DNA of 63,884 nt, filler included, from Lama guanicoe (GCA_013239625.1; 200 parts of 200 records of this genome joined end to end with filler, not necessarily neighbours in it), one strand, 5' to 3'. Counted from the first letter of the whole stretch, positions 48,525 through 62,226 are shown. Notes: generated by a model from the sequence alone, not told the origin. A program made the numbers and translations.

Positions 48525-50544
48525 NNNNNNNNNNNNNNNNNNNNNNNNNNNNNNNNNNNNNNNNNNNNTTAATTAATTAANNNNNNNNNNNNNNNNNNNN
48601 NNNNNNNNNNNNNNNNNNNNNNNNACCAGCCCGACCGTCGCCCGTCACGCTGCCCCGCCGTGAGTTTCTTCCAAAGCATTTCCAGTCCTGAGGCCGTCGA
48701 ATAGTTTCTTGCATTTCTAAAATTCTCAGAAACTAAATACACTATCGTCAGCGTGTGTGAACTTTCTTGTTATTGCAACTGAGGTGCGCCATTGTGTATT
48801 TTTCCCCTAAGGTAGAGGCAACTGTGTATATGAAGGAAGTAATTNNNNNNNNNNNNNNNNNNNNNNNNNNNNNNNNNNNNNNNNNNNNTTAATTAATTAA
48901 NNNNNNNNNNNNNNNNNNNNNNNNNNNNNNNNNNNNNNNNNNNNCCCCTCTTCTGGTGTGACGGAGGTGACCGCTCGGTTTTTCATGGGGGGGGGTGCCC
49001 TTCTCAAACTCCTCACTTGGGCATCACGTGGCCTCCGGCCAGTCTCCCAGCTTTTTCTCCCTATGTCACCAAAGCTCGGGCCCGTCGTGACCTCGACACC
49101 CAGCCGGCCCCCTGGAGCTGACCCCAGGCTGGGCCGAGGGGAGGGGGGGAGGGTGGGCGGCCGCNNNNNNNNNNNNNNNNNNNNNNNNNNNNNNNNNNNN
49201 NNNNNNNNTTAATTAATTAANNNNNNNNNNNNNNNNNNNNNNNNNNNNNNNNNNNNNNNNNNNNTGTGGCGGCGGGGGGACAGGCTGGTCTCTCCTGCCC
49301 GCGTGTCTCTGGCCGGGAGAGGGGACATACATGCACACGTGCACACCCACCCGGCTCCTCCCTGACTTTTATAGAGTGATACGGCCGCAGAGGTAATGTT
49401 GATAGTGCCGGGGGCGGGTGGTGGTTAGAGCTGGTGGGAGGCACAGGGCAGGTGGAGGGGCTCCAGACCCCCGAGGGGCGGCTTNNNNNNNNNNNNNNNN
49501 NNNNNNNNNNNNNNNNNNNNNNNNNNNNTTAATTAATTAANNNNNNNNNNNNNNNNNNNNNNNNNNNNNNNNNNNNNNNNNNNNCTCCTTATAGTGTAAC
49601 TATTGTATCAAAATGATGCACATTTTAAATTTTATAGATACACTCAAATTACCCTTCAAAATGTTTGTAGCAGTTTACACTATCAGAGACCCACAAGAGT
49701 GCTCCCCCGTTGCACACACACACCTTTGCTAGAACCAGGTATTATCGATTAAAATCTAGTGTCTTGCTTCTTTTGTTATGAGATTAAATGTTTTTTTCAT
49801 AATTNNNNNNNNNNNNNNNNNNNNNNNNNNNNNNNNNNNNNNNNNNNNTTAATTAATTAANNNNNNNNNNNNNNNNNNNNNNNNNNNNNNNNNNNNNNNN
49901 NNNNCCTTCTCTGCTCAAGCCCACCCTTTTCCTGCTGCCCAGAGTCTCACTGATCCCCCTGCTGCGTCTGTCTGGGCCTGCTGGTCCCCAGAAAGGCCCA
50001 CCAGTCCCCACAGGGGCTCCATGTGGTGTGCAGGCTTCCCGCTTCCATGAACCTGTCACTTAGGCATGAAGTGTCACCTTGAGTGCCTGTGGGTGACAAA
50101 GGCCACTGAACGCTGCCTTCTCCTNNNNNNNNNNNNNNNNNNNNNNNNNNNNNNNNNNNNNNNNNNNNTTAATTAATTAANNNNNNNNNNNNNNNNNNNN
50201 NNNNNNNNNNNNNNNNNNNNNNNNGACGAGCCACCTGCCGGGGAGCCGGGATGTGGGTCAGCCCTTAGGACAGGACTTGCCTCCTCCGGGTTTTCAGGGC
50301 CCAGCGCACATCAGGCAGTGACCTCCGCTGTGGGCTCAGTGGACTTGCACGCAAAAGTGTGGCCCTGGTGAGTTACGGAAGGACGGGGGACCATGCTCGG
50401 TCCCCTGGTCTGTGGGACAGAGGTAACCCACGTGGCTCTCGTGANNNNNNNNNNNNNNNNNNNNNNNNNNNNNNNNNNNNNNNNNNNNTTAATTAATTAA
50501 NNNNNNNNNNNNNNNNNNNNNNNNNNNNNNNNNNNNNNNNNNNN

Positions 50545-50764
50545 ACTGTAAATCCGAGTTGGAGCTTGTACCTCCCCATGTATATGTATGTAGAGGAGGT
50601 TTCAACTGAACAGAGACTTTGTGTTCCCAACAAGCTAGGTGAAGAACTGCTTTCACACACACTTAACTCTCCAATCTGAGCATTTGTAGAGACATTCGTT
50701 CGTCTAGCACAATCGGAACAGGTTGCAGGAGAAACAATTACTCTGGTTCCTTGGTCTGTTTCCT
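50545..50764 (-). repeat. Satellite DNA monomer fragment, same family as 40947-41165
   Basis: The reverse complement aggaaacagaccaaggaaccagagtaattgtttctcctg...aagtgtgtgtgaaa...cttcacctagcttgttgg...atatacatggggaggtac...tttacagt aligns with 40947-41165 in permuted order. Confidence 0.8.
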
Positions 50765-51504
50765 NNNNNNNNNNNNNNNNNNNNNNNNNNNNNNNNNNNN
50801 NNNNNNNNTTAATTAATTAANNNNNNNNNNNNNNNNNNNNNNNNNNNNNNNNNNNNNNNNNNNNGGCCAATGACCAGATGAGTGAAAACAAACTAAGTTA
50901 CAAACAACCTCACGCAGGTCAGGAACAAATATTTCTGAGCCATGATCTCACCACCATTAAGCTACCCGGAAGTGCCCCAGCTCCTGCTGTCCTTGCGGAA
51001 GTCTGCTCAGTGAGGGAGGGAGAGCGCTCACTGCATTGTCCTTGTGGCCCCTGAGATGGGTGACCAGATCCTCAAGGAGGAGGGNNNNNNNNNNNNNNNN
51101 NNNNNNNNNNNNNNNNNNNNNNNNNNNNTTAATTAATTAANNNNNNNNNNNNNNNNNNNNNNNNNNNNNNNNNNNNNNNNNNNNTATTTCCCTATTCGTT
51201 GATTCTAGAATCAGCCAATCAGTTTCGATCAAAGCTACCGACTGCAAGTTTTAGTTGTGTTGCATTGAATCAAGCTGGGGAAAATTGACATCTCAAAAAC
51301 AGTGAGCCTTCTGAGCCAAGAACAAAGAATTTGCTTCCATTCCTTTTATACTTCAAATACTTGTTTCCTAATGCTCTGCCCTTTTGATTAGACCCAAAAG
51401 TCAGNNNNNNNNNNNNNNNNNNNNNNNNNNNNNNNNNNNNNNNNNNNNTTAATTAATTAANNNNNNNNNNNNNNNNNNNNNNNNNNNNNNNNNNNNNNNN
51501 NNNN

Positions 51505-51724
51505 GCTGAGTTGGAGTTCTTAGTCTCAAAAGAAACCAACAGTTATAGCAAAGGTCCCACTGAATTACAATTTACAACGGCCGTCAGGGTTCTTTGGATT
51601 CTTTGTGCCCAGACACCATCCGGCAAAAAGAGGTACTGCCATATTATAGGGCAAATTACTCCAATCAGGAGGAAGAGCCAGGGGCTGCTTATACACAGTG
51701 GTAGCAGGCAGGATTACATGAGGA
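51505..51724 (+). mobile_element. ERV-L/MaLR internal relic (dUTPase-related region)
   Basis: aggtcccactgaattacaa...ctttggattctttgtgcc...ggcaaaaagagg...tcaggaggaagag...gggctgctt..acacagtgg resembles the remembered ERV-L internal consensus. Confidence 0.55.
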
Positions 51725-52144
51725 NNNNNNNNNNNNNNNNNNNNNNNNNNNNNNNNNNNNNNNNNNNNTTAATTAATTAANNNNNNNNNNNNNNNNNNNN
51801 NNNNNNNNNNNNNNNNNNNNNNNNCCTCTGAAACAGCACACACAGTCACCACCTTGTGGTGGGAATGGTCCACGAGGATGTTACTGCACTGCTGTGTGAT
51901 GTGCCCCTTAGGACACCACCGTGGTGAGTTCTAAAGCAGTGACAGTGCCGTTGTCCTTGTGTCACCCATGCTCCCTCCAGGGTCCCGGGAGAGCTCAGGT
52001 GGATGCCTGGTCCCTGGATGCCAGGGACAGGACAGAGAGCATTANNNNNNNNNNNNNNNNNNNNNNNNNNNNNNNNNNNNNNNNNNNNTTAATTAATTAA
52101 NNNNNNNNNNNNNNNNNNNNNNNNNNNNNNNNNNNNNNNNNNNN

Positions 52145-52364
52145 CGGCGCCGCCCACATCGCACGTCTCACCCTGCGTCCCCTGCGCCCGGGGGCCCCCG
52201 CGGAGGAGGCCCGGTCCCAGCCTGCAGCGCACCTCCATCGAGCTCGCCTCGTACCCCGCGAAGCGGGGCCTGCTCAGTTTCCCGGGAAGCCCCCGGACTC
52301 CCGGCCCTCCAGGCCTGGTTTCCGCGCTGCCTCTTCTGGCCTCCGTGCAGTTCGCGCGTGCTGA
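52145..52364. promoter_or_regulatory. CpG-island fragment (gene not identified)
   Basis: High GC and CpG density. Confidence 0.6.
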
Positions 52365-52784
52365 NNNNNNNNNNNNNNNNNNNNNNNNNNNNNNNNNNNN
52401 NNNNNNNNTTAATTAATTAANNNNNNNNNNNNNNNNNNNNNNNNNNNNNNNNNNNNNNNNNNNNTTCCCGGGAGCTCTGGCTAGGTTCCCAGCTTCATTT
52501 GGGCTGGAAGCCGTATGCAGCTTTGGGTATGGCAACAAATGACCTTCCCTGCCTGGTGGGGGCTGCAGAACATTCTCCAGGCCATCGAGGCTCTTTGGGA
52601 GTCGAATCACCCTTCGCACTGAGGTCCCTGAGCCTATGTGGCTGCCTTTAGGCACAGAGGTGCCGGTCGGGGTCTCCACGCAAGNNNNNNNNNNNNNNNN
52701 NNNNNNNNNNNNNNNNNNNNNNNNNNNNTTAATTAATTAANNNNNNNNNNNNNNNNNNNNNNNNNNNNNNNNNNNNNNNNNNNN

Positions 52785-53004
52785 TTGATCACAAAGGCAG
52801 AGATGAGAGTGATCGAGCCACAAGCCAAGGAATACTGGCAGCCCCCAAAGCTGGAAGAGGCAAGGAAGGTCTCCCCTGAAGCCTCCAGAATGGACCTTGA
52901 TTTTAACCCCTTAAGACTGTGTCAGACTCTGACCTCCAGAACTGTAATAGAATACATTTGCTTTGTTTTAAGCCACTGCACTGATGGTAATTTGCCACTG
53001 CAGG
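52785..53004 (+). mobile_element. MaLR LTR 3' part (MLT1C/D-like)
   Basis: gccacaagccaaggaa...gctggaagaggcaaggaagg...ctgacctccagaactgtaatagaatacatttg...ttttaagccact...ggtaatttg. Confidence 0.85.
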
Positions 53005-53744
53005 NNNNNNNNNNNNNNNNNNNNNNNNNNNNNNNNNNNNNNNNNNNNTTAATTAATTAANNNNNNNNNNNNNNNNNNNNNNNNNNNNNNNNNNNNNNNN
53101 NNNNCTTTAATGGTTGTCAAAATTATGTATTTTAGACCTAAACTTTATCTACTTTTGGGAATTTCTATTTTAATAATAGTATTGACTTACAAAATATCAC
53201 ACTTACACATGGATAAAGGGAGAATTCTGTAAGACACACAAGGCTTTCTTTTGTCAGCTTTAAAATAAAATATACGTATGCCTTTGACCCACATACCCAC
53301 ACCTCAACCGCACCCCAAAACTCANNNNNNNNNNNNNNNNNNNNNNNNNNNNNNNNNNNNNNNNNNNNTTAATTAATTAANNNNNNNNNNNNNNNNNNNN
53401 NNNNNNNNNNNNNNNNNNNNNNNNCACACTCATAAAGGCTCAGATGAGAGGGAATGAGGAACATTGCGTGCAGAGAGGAAGGCTCTTGTAGGAGAAATAT
53501 TGGGACATAAAGTTCAGGGGGAGACAGGGGCCAGACCATAGAAGATCATGTAGGCTGTTCTATGATTTAGATCTTTATTCTAGAAGCAACTGAAAGTCCT
53601 TGAAGGGTTTCGAATAAGGAAGTAGTTTGGTCATATTTGCTCTTNNNNNNNNNNNNNNNNNNNNNNNNNNNNNNNNNNNNNNNNNNNNTTAATTAATTAA
53701 NNNNNNNNNNNNNNNNNNNNNNNNNNNNNNNNNNNNNNNNNNNN

Positions 53745-53964
53745 GATAATATAAAGCATGCCAATCTATGCATAATAGGGGTTCCAGAAGGGGGGGAAGA
53801 ACAAAGGGGATTGAAAAGGTATTCTAAGACATCATGACTGAAAACTTCTCAAATCTAAAGAAGGAATCAGATATCCAAGTACAGGAGCCTCAGAGGGTCC
53901 CAAAGAGGAAGAACTCAAACAGACCCACCCCAAGACATATAATCAAGATGGCCAGAGTCAAGGA
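53745..53964 (+). mobile_element. L1 ORF1 RRM-region fragment (frameshifted)
   Basis: DNIKHANLCIIGVPEG..., then MTENFSNLKKESDIQVQEPQRVPKRKNSNRPTPRHIIKMARVK. Confidence 0.92.
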
Positions 53965-56900
53965 NNNNNNNNNNNNNNNNNNNNNNNNNNNNNNNNNNNN
54001 NNNNNNNNTTAATTAATTAANNNNNNNNNNNNNNNNNNNNNNNNNNNNNNNNNNNNNNNNNNNNTGGACACTAGTCTTGGGCTCCTGCAGTAGGGTCCCT
54101 GCGACTGAGGCCTGGCAGTGGGGCGGTGGGGCAATGGGGCGGGCCCACCTCGCGGACAGGGCCAGCCAGGCCCCCAACCCCAACGCCCCCACCCTGCCAC
54201 TCACAGGGTCCCGGCACCCAAGTAGAATCACCACAGGTTCAGGCCAGGCCACACACCCCAAGGCCCACCCCCCAGGCCCACACCNNNNNNNNNNNNNNNN
54301 NNNNNNNNNNNNNNNNNNNNNNNNNNNNTTAATTAATTAANNNNNNNNNNNNNNNNNNNNNNNNNNNNNNNNNNNNNNNNNNNNCAAATGACAAAAGAAT
54401 ATCAATTTATTTGTGTAAATATATGCCTACACCCTGAACTGGAGGAGAAAGGTATCAGAAGGCTATATGGAACTTATTTCTTTCTTCCTGAAATCACACA
54501 CACAAATGTTCACACACACACAGACACATACCCCCTGAATTACTGGGCACTTCATAAGCTTAGGACTTCCAACGTCTAGAAGGTAACTTTGTAGTTAGTT
54601 TAAANNNNNNNNNNNNNNNNNNNNNNNNNNNNNNNNNNNNNNNNNNNNTTAATTAATTAANNNNNNNNNNNNNNNNNNNNNNNNNNNNNNNNNNNNNNNN
54701 NNNNGGAGAGTTCATCAACTCTAGACCTGACTTACAAGACATGGTAAAGAGAGCCCTTCAAGTTGAAATGAAAAGACAATAAACAGCAATATGAAAGTGT
54801 GTGAAAGTGCAAAGCTCATGGTAAGGATAAATAAACAGACAAATACAGAATACTGCAACAGTGCAGCAATGGTGCATAAAACACAATTCTGGTATAAAAG
54901 TTAAAAGACAAAAGTAGAGAAATANNNNNNNNNNNNNNNNNNNNNNNNNNNNNNNNNNNNNNNNNNNNTTAATTAATTAANNNNNNNNNNNNNNNNNNNN
55001 NNNNNNNNNNNNNNNNNNNNNNNNGATTCCAATACTGTGTTCCTTCTGGGTAGGATTTTGAATTCTCCTGAGTAGAGGTTATTATCTTACACTGGCTGTG
55101 AAGCTCCTTCCATAGAAAGCACGGAATGATATCTTAAGAATAACCTTATTGTTTTCAACACTTCCTACACACTAGGACAAAAATACCATTAGAATAGAGT
55201 TCCAAACTCAATCCTCAACCTCCTAGTTTTGTCTTTAGCTACAANNNNNNNNNNNNNNNNNNNNNNNNNNNNNNNNNNNNNNNNNNNNTTAATTAATTAA
55301 NNNNNNNNNNNNNNNNNNNNNNNNNNNNNNNNNNNNNNNNNNNNGCTCTGAAATAAACCCATAAACCTTTCTCTGCCCCAATTTCCGATGTTTCGATTTG
55401 CTTGGCCTCCCTGTGCGTCGGGCACAGAGGCTGATGTTGGACAGCATGGCCTCCACCACCCCTACCCCAGCTCAAACCACCACCGTCTTTCACTCAGACT
55501 ACTGTCAGAACTTCCTGTGTCTACCTTTGCCTCAACAGCCATTCTCCATGTAGCAGAAGGGGTANNNNNNNNNNNNNNNNNNNNNNNNNNNNNNNNNNNN
55601 NNNNNNNNTTAATTAATTAANNNNNNNNNNNNNNNNNNNNNNNNNNNNNNNNNNNNNNNNNNNNAAAGAAAAATAAAATGTCCAATAACAAGGCCCTTAA
55701 AATACCACACATATTTTCCAAACGCTAGGGAATCGCTTAGGCCCGCCTTCACCTGGGAGAATCTTTGAGTCCGCGATCATAAAATAGCTCTGCCCATTAA
55801 CAACATGAACTGCTACAACTCACTGAAAATAGACAAGATATCTGACAGCATTGTTTCTTCAGCACCTTTTCATGGAAACTTAGCNNNNNNNNNNNNNNNN
55901 NNNNNNNNNNNNNNNNNNNNNNNNNNNNTTAATTAATTAANNNNNNNNNNNNNNNNNNNNNNNNNNNNNNNNNNNNNNNNNNNNCTTTTGATGGTTGTGC
56001 CCTGCCCCCTTCCCTCCTGTCTCATATGTACCCAGACATGGAATTGCTTAATCATATGGGAATGCTACCACTAATTTTTTGAGTAACCACCATACTGTTT
56101 TCCATGGCAGCCATATCATTTTACACCCCCATCAACAGTGCCTAGGAGTTCTAATTTCTCCATATCCTCACCAATACTTCCTATTTTCTGCTGGTGGTAT
56201 CTGANNNNNNNNNNNNNNNNNNNNNNNNNNNNNNNNNNNNNNNNNNNNTTAATTAATTAANNNNNNNNNNNNNNNNNNNNNNNNNNNNNNNNNNNNNNNN
56301 NNNNGAGGGAATCAGACTTTTCTTGTCTAACGTGAGGGGTGTCAAGCCCAGTAGAATTTTGGCTGCCTCCTTACTGGGAGGTACTGTTCACACACACGTG
56401 CTTGCCCATCTGAAGCTGAGGGCTAACACTTTGTACAGCGCTTATGAAAATGAAAGACAAATTTTTCAGCTTGGTAATTGCAGTTGGGGATCAGATTCCC
56501 AGCAGTCAAAAGTCAGATGGATAGNNNNNNNNNNNNNNNNNNNNNNNNNNNNNNNNNNNNNNNNNNNNTTAATTAATTAANNNNNNNNNNNNNNNNNNNN
56601 NNNNNNNNNNNNNNNNNNNNNNNNCATATGTCAAACACATTCATTAACTGATTAACTACCATCTGTCAAGACTTCCCACTCAAAGCCCATGCCTCTACTT
56701 TCATAAATCTTCACTAATAGATCCAGCCAGAGTATCTTCTTTCCCAACTGAGGATAGGGTAAGTACATTTAACCTACAGGCAGAATTTTTTTCTCCTATT
56801 ATATCTTTGACTATTGCTCCTATAGTATGCATTCTAGCAATTTCNNNNNNNNNNNNNNNNNNNNNNNNNNNNNNNNNNNNNNNNNNNNTTAATTAATTAA

Positions 56901-58224
56901 NNNNNNNNNNNNNNNNNNNNNNNNNNNNNNNNNNNNNNNNNNNNGAGGCAGAAGCCCAGAAACTGCAACCGGGCCACCGCTCTGGGGCTGGGCGATCAGA
57001 AGACCTGACCTCAGTGGGGTCAGCCTGGTCTGTGTTATTTACCAGTGTGCGACCTTGGGCTGGCTGCTCGCGTCCTCTGTTCCTTGGTTTCCCCACCTAA
57101 AAGAGGACGGATGGTGGGAATAAAGACAGGACCTGCTTCTGAGGACCAAAGGACGTAGTACACGNNNNNNNNNNNNNNNNNNNNNNNNNNNNNNNNNNNN
57201 NNNNNNNNTTAATTAATTAANNNNNNNNNNNNNNNNNNNNNNNNNNNNNNNNNNNNNNNNNNNNGTTCAGCGACTTACTCAGTATCACACAGATAGTTAG
57301 TAGGTAGTTATGACCACCTAGAGGTCGGAGGCAGGAGTGTCACCTGTCAGTCTACTCTGTGAATTGTAAAAATATAGAAGTTGTATTTATTTTTAAAAAT
57401 AAGAAGCCCAAGTATGAATTGATTCCAAAGAAAAATCTCTCTTTCTCTTTACAGATTAGATCAGAGAAGTGGATAATGGAAATCNNNNNNNNNNNNNNNN
57501 NNNNNNNNNNNNNNNNNNNNNNNNNNNNTTAATTAATTAANNNNNNNNNNNNNNNNNNNNNNNNNNNNNNNNNNNNNNNNNNNNGCTGCTGCTAAGGTCC
57601 AGGCTCTCAGCCGCCACACCCCTGCCTTCCCCCTATTACTCAGGGACAACTTGGCATCTCTTATGTCCTCTCCAGAGGTGAATCCAAAAGCAGCTAAATT
57701 CTAGTCTCGGATCCTGTCCAGAAAACGTTGACTCGGTCTCCCGTGCAGCCATTCCCCTGTTCCTCATTGGAGCCCCCTAAATAAGGCAGGACCCCAGAAC
57801 CCTGNNNNNNNNNNNNNNNNNNNNNNNNNNNNNNNNNNNNNNNNNNNNTTAATTAATTAANNNNNNNNNNNNNNNNNNNNNNNNNNNNNNNNNNNNNNNN
57901 NNNNCCACGAGGAGAGGCCTCACAAGAGAGAGTGATGCCCAACCAGCCCCTAGTTTGGGCATCGGGCACGAGAGAAGCAGTCATTGTCACAGCTACATGG
58001 AGCAGAAATGATCCACACCCACTGAGCCCTGCTCAAACTGCACAATCATAAACAAATAAATGATTATGGTCATTCTAAGTTACTAGATTTTTTGGTTGGT
58101 TTGGAACACAGCAAATAATAAATANNNNNNNNNNNNNNNNNNNNNNNNNNNNNNNNNNNNNNNNNNNNTTAATTAATTAANNNNNNNNNNNNNNNNNNNN
58201 NNNNNNNNNNNNNNNNNNNNNNNN

Positions 58225-58444
58225 TGAACCTACCATGCACACCTGGAAAAATCCTACTTACTCATAATGTGTATGTATTGTTGAATTCAGTTTCCCAATA
58301 TTTGCTGAGGACTTTTGCATCTCTGAGTTTTGGGAATATTGACCTGTATTTTTCTTTTTTTGTAGTATCATTGTCTGGTTTGTGTATCAAAATATTGCTG
58401 GCCTTATTGAAAAAGTTTGGGAGTACTCAGTATTCTTCAGTTTT
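58225..58444 (-). mobile_element. L1 ORF2 reverse-transcriptase-proximal relic
   Basis: gttgaattcagtttcccaatatttgctgaggacttttgcatct...ttgtctggtttgtgtatcaaaat..tgctggcct. Confidence 0.85.
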
Positions 58445-58544
58445 NNNNNNNNNNNNNNNNNNNNNNNNNNNNNNNNNNNNNNNNNNNNTTAATTAATTAA
58501 NNNNNNNNNNNNNNNNNNNNNNNNNNNNNNNNNNNNNNNNNNNN

Positions 58545-58583
58545 GAGGGCAAGGGCCGGCAGACCATCATCCAGGGCATCCTG
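58545..58583 (+). CDS. Probable 3' end of a coding exon of an unidentified gene (EGKGRQTIIQGIL) followed by donor GTGAGG
   Basis: 13 of 13 codons end in G or C. CTG|GTGAGG donor at 58584. Confidence 0.45.
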
Positions 58584-61500
58584 GTGAGGGGGACGTCTTG
58601 GCCAGCAAACCCTTCTCCAGGCCTCCCGGTAGCGGGAGGACAATATAGGAGCGTGGTGCCCGAGCTCTCTGGTCGGGAGGGAGTGGGCCCGGGCACTCGG
58701 GGAAAGGACAGGATGTGGCTTCTACTCTGATGGCCACCGTCATTTTAGGGCACCTTTGACTTCCNNNNNNNNNNNNNNNNNNNNNNNNNNNNNNNNNNNN
58801 NNNNNNNNTTAATTAATTAANNNNNNNNNNNNNNNNNNNNNNNNNNNNNNNNNNNNNNNNNNNNCTCCTTCTAAGATTCCCATTACATATATTACACATA
58901 TGTAAGAATTTTTCCCATGCCCCATATGTATTTATAGCCTTTTCTGTACTTTTCATACTTTTTGGTTCTGGGTTTATGTTAGGATTCTTTCTACGGGCTG
59001 TATAAATGTAAGTTTTATGTATTTTTAATCACTTCATATTAACTCAGCCCAGTGTCTTTTTTAGGCTATAAATTCACATTGGATNNNNNNNNNNNNNNNN
59101 NNNNNNNNNNNNNNNNNNNNNNNNNNNNTTAATTAATTAANNNNNNNNNNNNNNNNNNNNNNNNNNNNNNNNNNNNNNNNNNNNGGCTGCAGATACCTCT
59201 TACTGCAGGGCTCACTCCTGCAAAGCATACAGCTTAGTTTTCTCAGCAGACAGAGGGAATCACATCAAAATTCCTAATCTTGAGAGGTTTACTATATGGC
59301 AGGAAAGATCAGACAAGTCCACACAGCCAAATATGAATAAATGCAATCAAATATCATGAAGTGTGAATGGAGCACAGAAGAAAGAGAAATTCCTTTCACC
59401 TGGGNNNNNNNNNNNNNNNNNNNNNNNNNNNNNNNNNNNNNNNNNNNNTTAATTAATTAANNNNNNNNNNNNNNNNNNNNNNNNNNNNNNNNNNNNNNNN
59501 NNNNCAACAGGGCTCCAATTGGCGGGCAGCCTCTCCCTCAGCAGGGGACTTGGCAGGGTCGGCCAGGTTCTCTGTGTTTCTCTGTTATGCTGACTCCCCA
59601 GCCAGAGAGCGTTCTCCTAGGCCTGTCCTCACAATACAACTTCTCTCCAAAATACAAGCACAACATGTCACAATGCTTTTGTTCAACCAGGAAATGTTCA
59701 ACCCACTTTTTCCCTCCCCAGTAANNNNNNNNNNNNNNNNNNNNNNNNNNNNNNNNNNNNNNNNNNNNTTAATTAATTAANNNNNNNNNNNNNNNNNNNN
59801 NNNNNNNNNNNNNNNNNNNNNNNNTGGACTTTCTTTTCTCTTTCATTAATCTATTTGTCTATCATTCTACCAATACTGTCCTGTCTTGATTATTGTAGCT
59901 TTGTAGCAACAAACAAACAAAAATAGTATTTTTTTCCTCATTCCTGCTTTCTGGTGTGCCATATTTGGTCATATGCTTTATTTTTCTTTAAGGATGTAGG
60001 ATAAAAAGATTTAGCTGTCTTGACATTTTTATACCTAGTCACCTNNNNNNNNNNNNNNNNNNNNNNNNNNNNNNNNNNNNNNNNNNNNTTAATTAATTAA
60101 NNNNNNNNNNNNNNNNNNNNNNNNNNNNNNNNNNNNNNNNNNNNGACTCGTGCCACAGTCCATGCCTGGAAGCTCCTTCGACAGCAGACTTACCACTTAA
60201 AACATAATTTTATTTCCTGTAGCCTCTCCCATCCACGCATTAGTCCCAGTTTGATTAAAAAGAGTGTGTGGTCCGGCTAAGCCTACCACGAATAATCATC
60301 CAAACGGGAGGACCCGAGGAAGCAGTAAAGACAGACAACTGCATGCAAACCTCCGTGGTCACAGNNNNNNNNNNNNNNNNNNNNNNNNNNNNNNNNNNNN
60401 NNNNNNNNTTAATTAATTAANNNNNNNNNNNNNNNNNNNNNNNNNNNNNNNNNNNNNNNNNNNNGGGATAGCGGTGATTGTAGCGGAGCCTGACTACCTC
60501 CTGAGGACAGCCTTATCTCCTCAGGATCACTTGGGCAGCTCCCCCGTAGGACTCCAGGCTACCAAGCTCCCCAGGGCTCTTTGCACCCAGGGGCAGCACC
60601 TGCAGGGCAGCGGAGGGCCCTACATGAGGAGGGCTCAGAAAGGACCTGGCAGGGTGCTGCAGGCAGAGCAGTAACCCAGGTGTGNNNNNNNNNNNNNNNN
60701 NNNNNNNNNNNNNNNNNNNNNNNNNNNNTTAATTAATTAANNNNNNNNNNNNNNNNNNNNNNNNNNNNNNNNNNNNNNNNNNNNGGGCTGTGCATGGGAG
60801 GTGAGACGAGGTCCACGCAGAGGCTTCTGGAAGGTGAGGGTGGAGTGGCGACAAGAAGCCCGGGCCCTGGTGCCGGTGGTGTAGGTCGCTCTGTGCCACC
60901 TGTCACAGGGGAGGAGGGTGACCGAGACATCACCAGATGTCATCATGGGCCCACGGCTGTGGAATCCTCCCTGCTAAGGACCCAGGTCCCAGGAACTGTT
61001 GTGTNNNNNNNNNNNNNNNNNNNNNNNNNNNNNNNNNNNNNNNNNNNNTTAATTAATTAANNNNNNNNNNNNNNNNNNNNNNNNNNNNNNNNNNNNNNNN
61101 NNNNTAAGAGGGTGGCTGTCGAGAGGAAGGAGGGAGGGGAATGTTGGTTGAACATCCCCTCCATGCCTGGGGCTTCCATGCATGCAATACGGGATCTTCA
61201 CCAAAGCACTAAAAGGGGGAAATTTTAACGACCCTTTCATTGACCGGAAAACTGAGGCTGAGGGAGCTGAATGGGTACAACAGGTACTTAGTATCGCGCG
61301 TGTGTGTGTGCGCATGGGTGAGCANNNNNNNNNNNNNNNNNNNNNNNNNNNNNNNNNNNNNNNNNNNNTTAATTAATTAANNNNNNNNNNNNNNNNNNNN
61401 NNNNNNNNNNNNNNNNNNNNNNNNGTTAATGAGGCCAAGGTCATAGCCAATTCTCATAGAGGGGAAAAAAAAAAGTTCTGTTTTTTCTCACGTAATAGCT

Positions 61501-62064
61501 CAGGCCACATATCAAACCTACATTCACAGACTTGCATTTCTTGTTACTAGCGAAGTGCATGAAAGGGTGAATGGTGTAACAGACGTTCTCAGATGGCAGG
61601 GCTGATGGTCCTGTTTCATCCTGGGTCTAAACCACTTTAAAATGNNNNNNNNNNNNNNNNNNNNNNNNNNNNNNNNNNNNNNNNNNNNTTAATTAATTAA
61701 NNNNNNNNNNNNNNNNNNNNNNNNNNNNNNNNNNNNNNNNNNNNATAATTAGATTTGATAGGAATGCTTTCCTTGAGAAGCTCAATGAACAGAACCACTC
61801 TCTGCTGGTGTTCTGTGGCTCCCTACAAACACTGTGGGGTGGGGGGGACATCCCCGGGGCAAGAACTGAACACACTGCTTTATCAGTCTGCAAAACAACA
61901 AAGCACCCCCCCCCGCCAGATCCATTGATCCCTGGCAGTGAGAAGCTGGGGGAGGGCCAACTTANNNNNNNNNNNNNNNNNNNNNNNNNNNNNNNNNNNN
62001 NNNNNNNNTTAATTAATTAANNNNNNNNNNNNNNNNNNNNNNNNNNNNNNNNNNNNNNNNNNNN

Positions 62065-62111
62065 TCAAATTCACCAACACCAGCAGCCACAATCAGGACA
62101 GCACAGTCAGC
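62065..62111 (-). CDS. EEF1A1: EEF1A1 exon start (ADCAVLIVAAGVGEFE), downstream exon
   Basis: ttttctctcaaAG|GCTGACTGTGCTGTCCTGATTGTGGCTGCTGGTGTTGGTGAATTTGA. AT-rich third positions fit A1 rather than A2. Confidence 0.95.
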
Positions 62112-62226
62112 CTTTGAGAGAAAATAAGGCCATATCCTGTTAAACAAAAGTTCTTCAAAGGACAAACCCATGGTTTTGCCAATAACGGGCCCAAAGTTAC
62201 TTTCAGAAGTTTTTAATTCTACAAAC

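Noticed and set aside
52465..52684. Minus frame open across the whole contig (VETPTGTSVPKG..)
   Set aside because: It may be part of a large exon, but there is no splice site, motif or recognisable homology to support a call.
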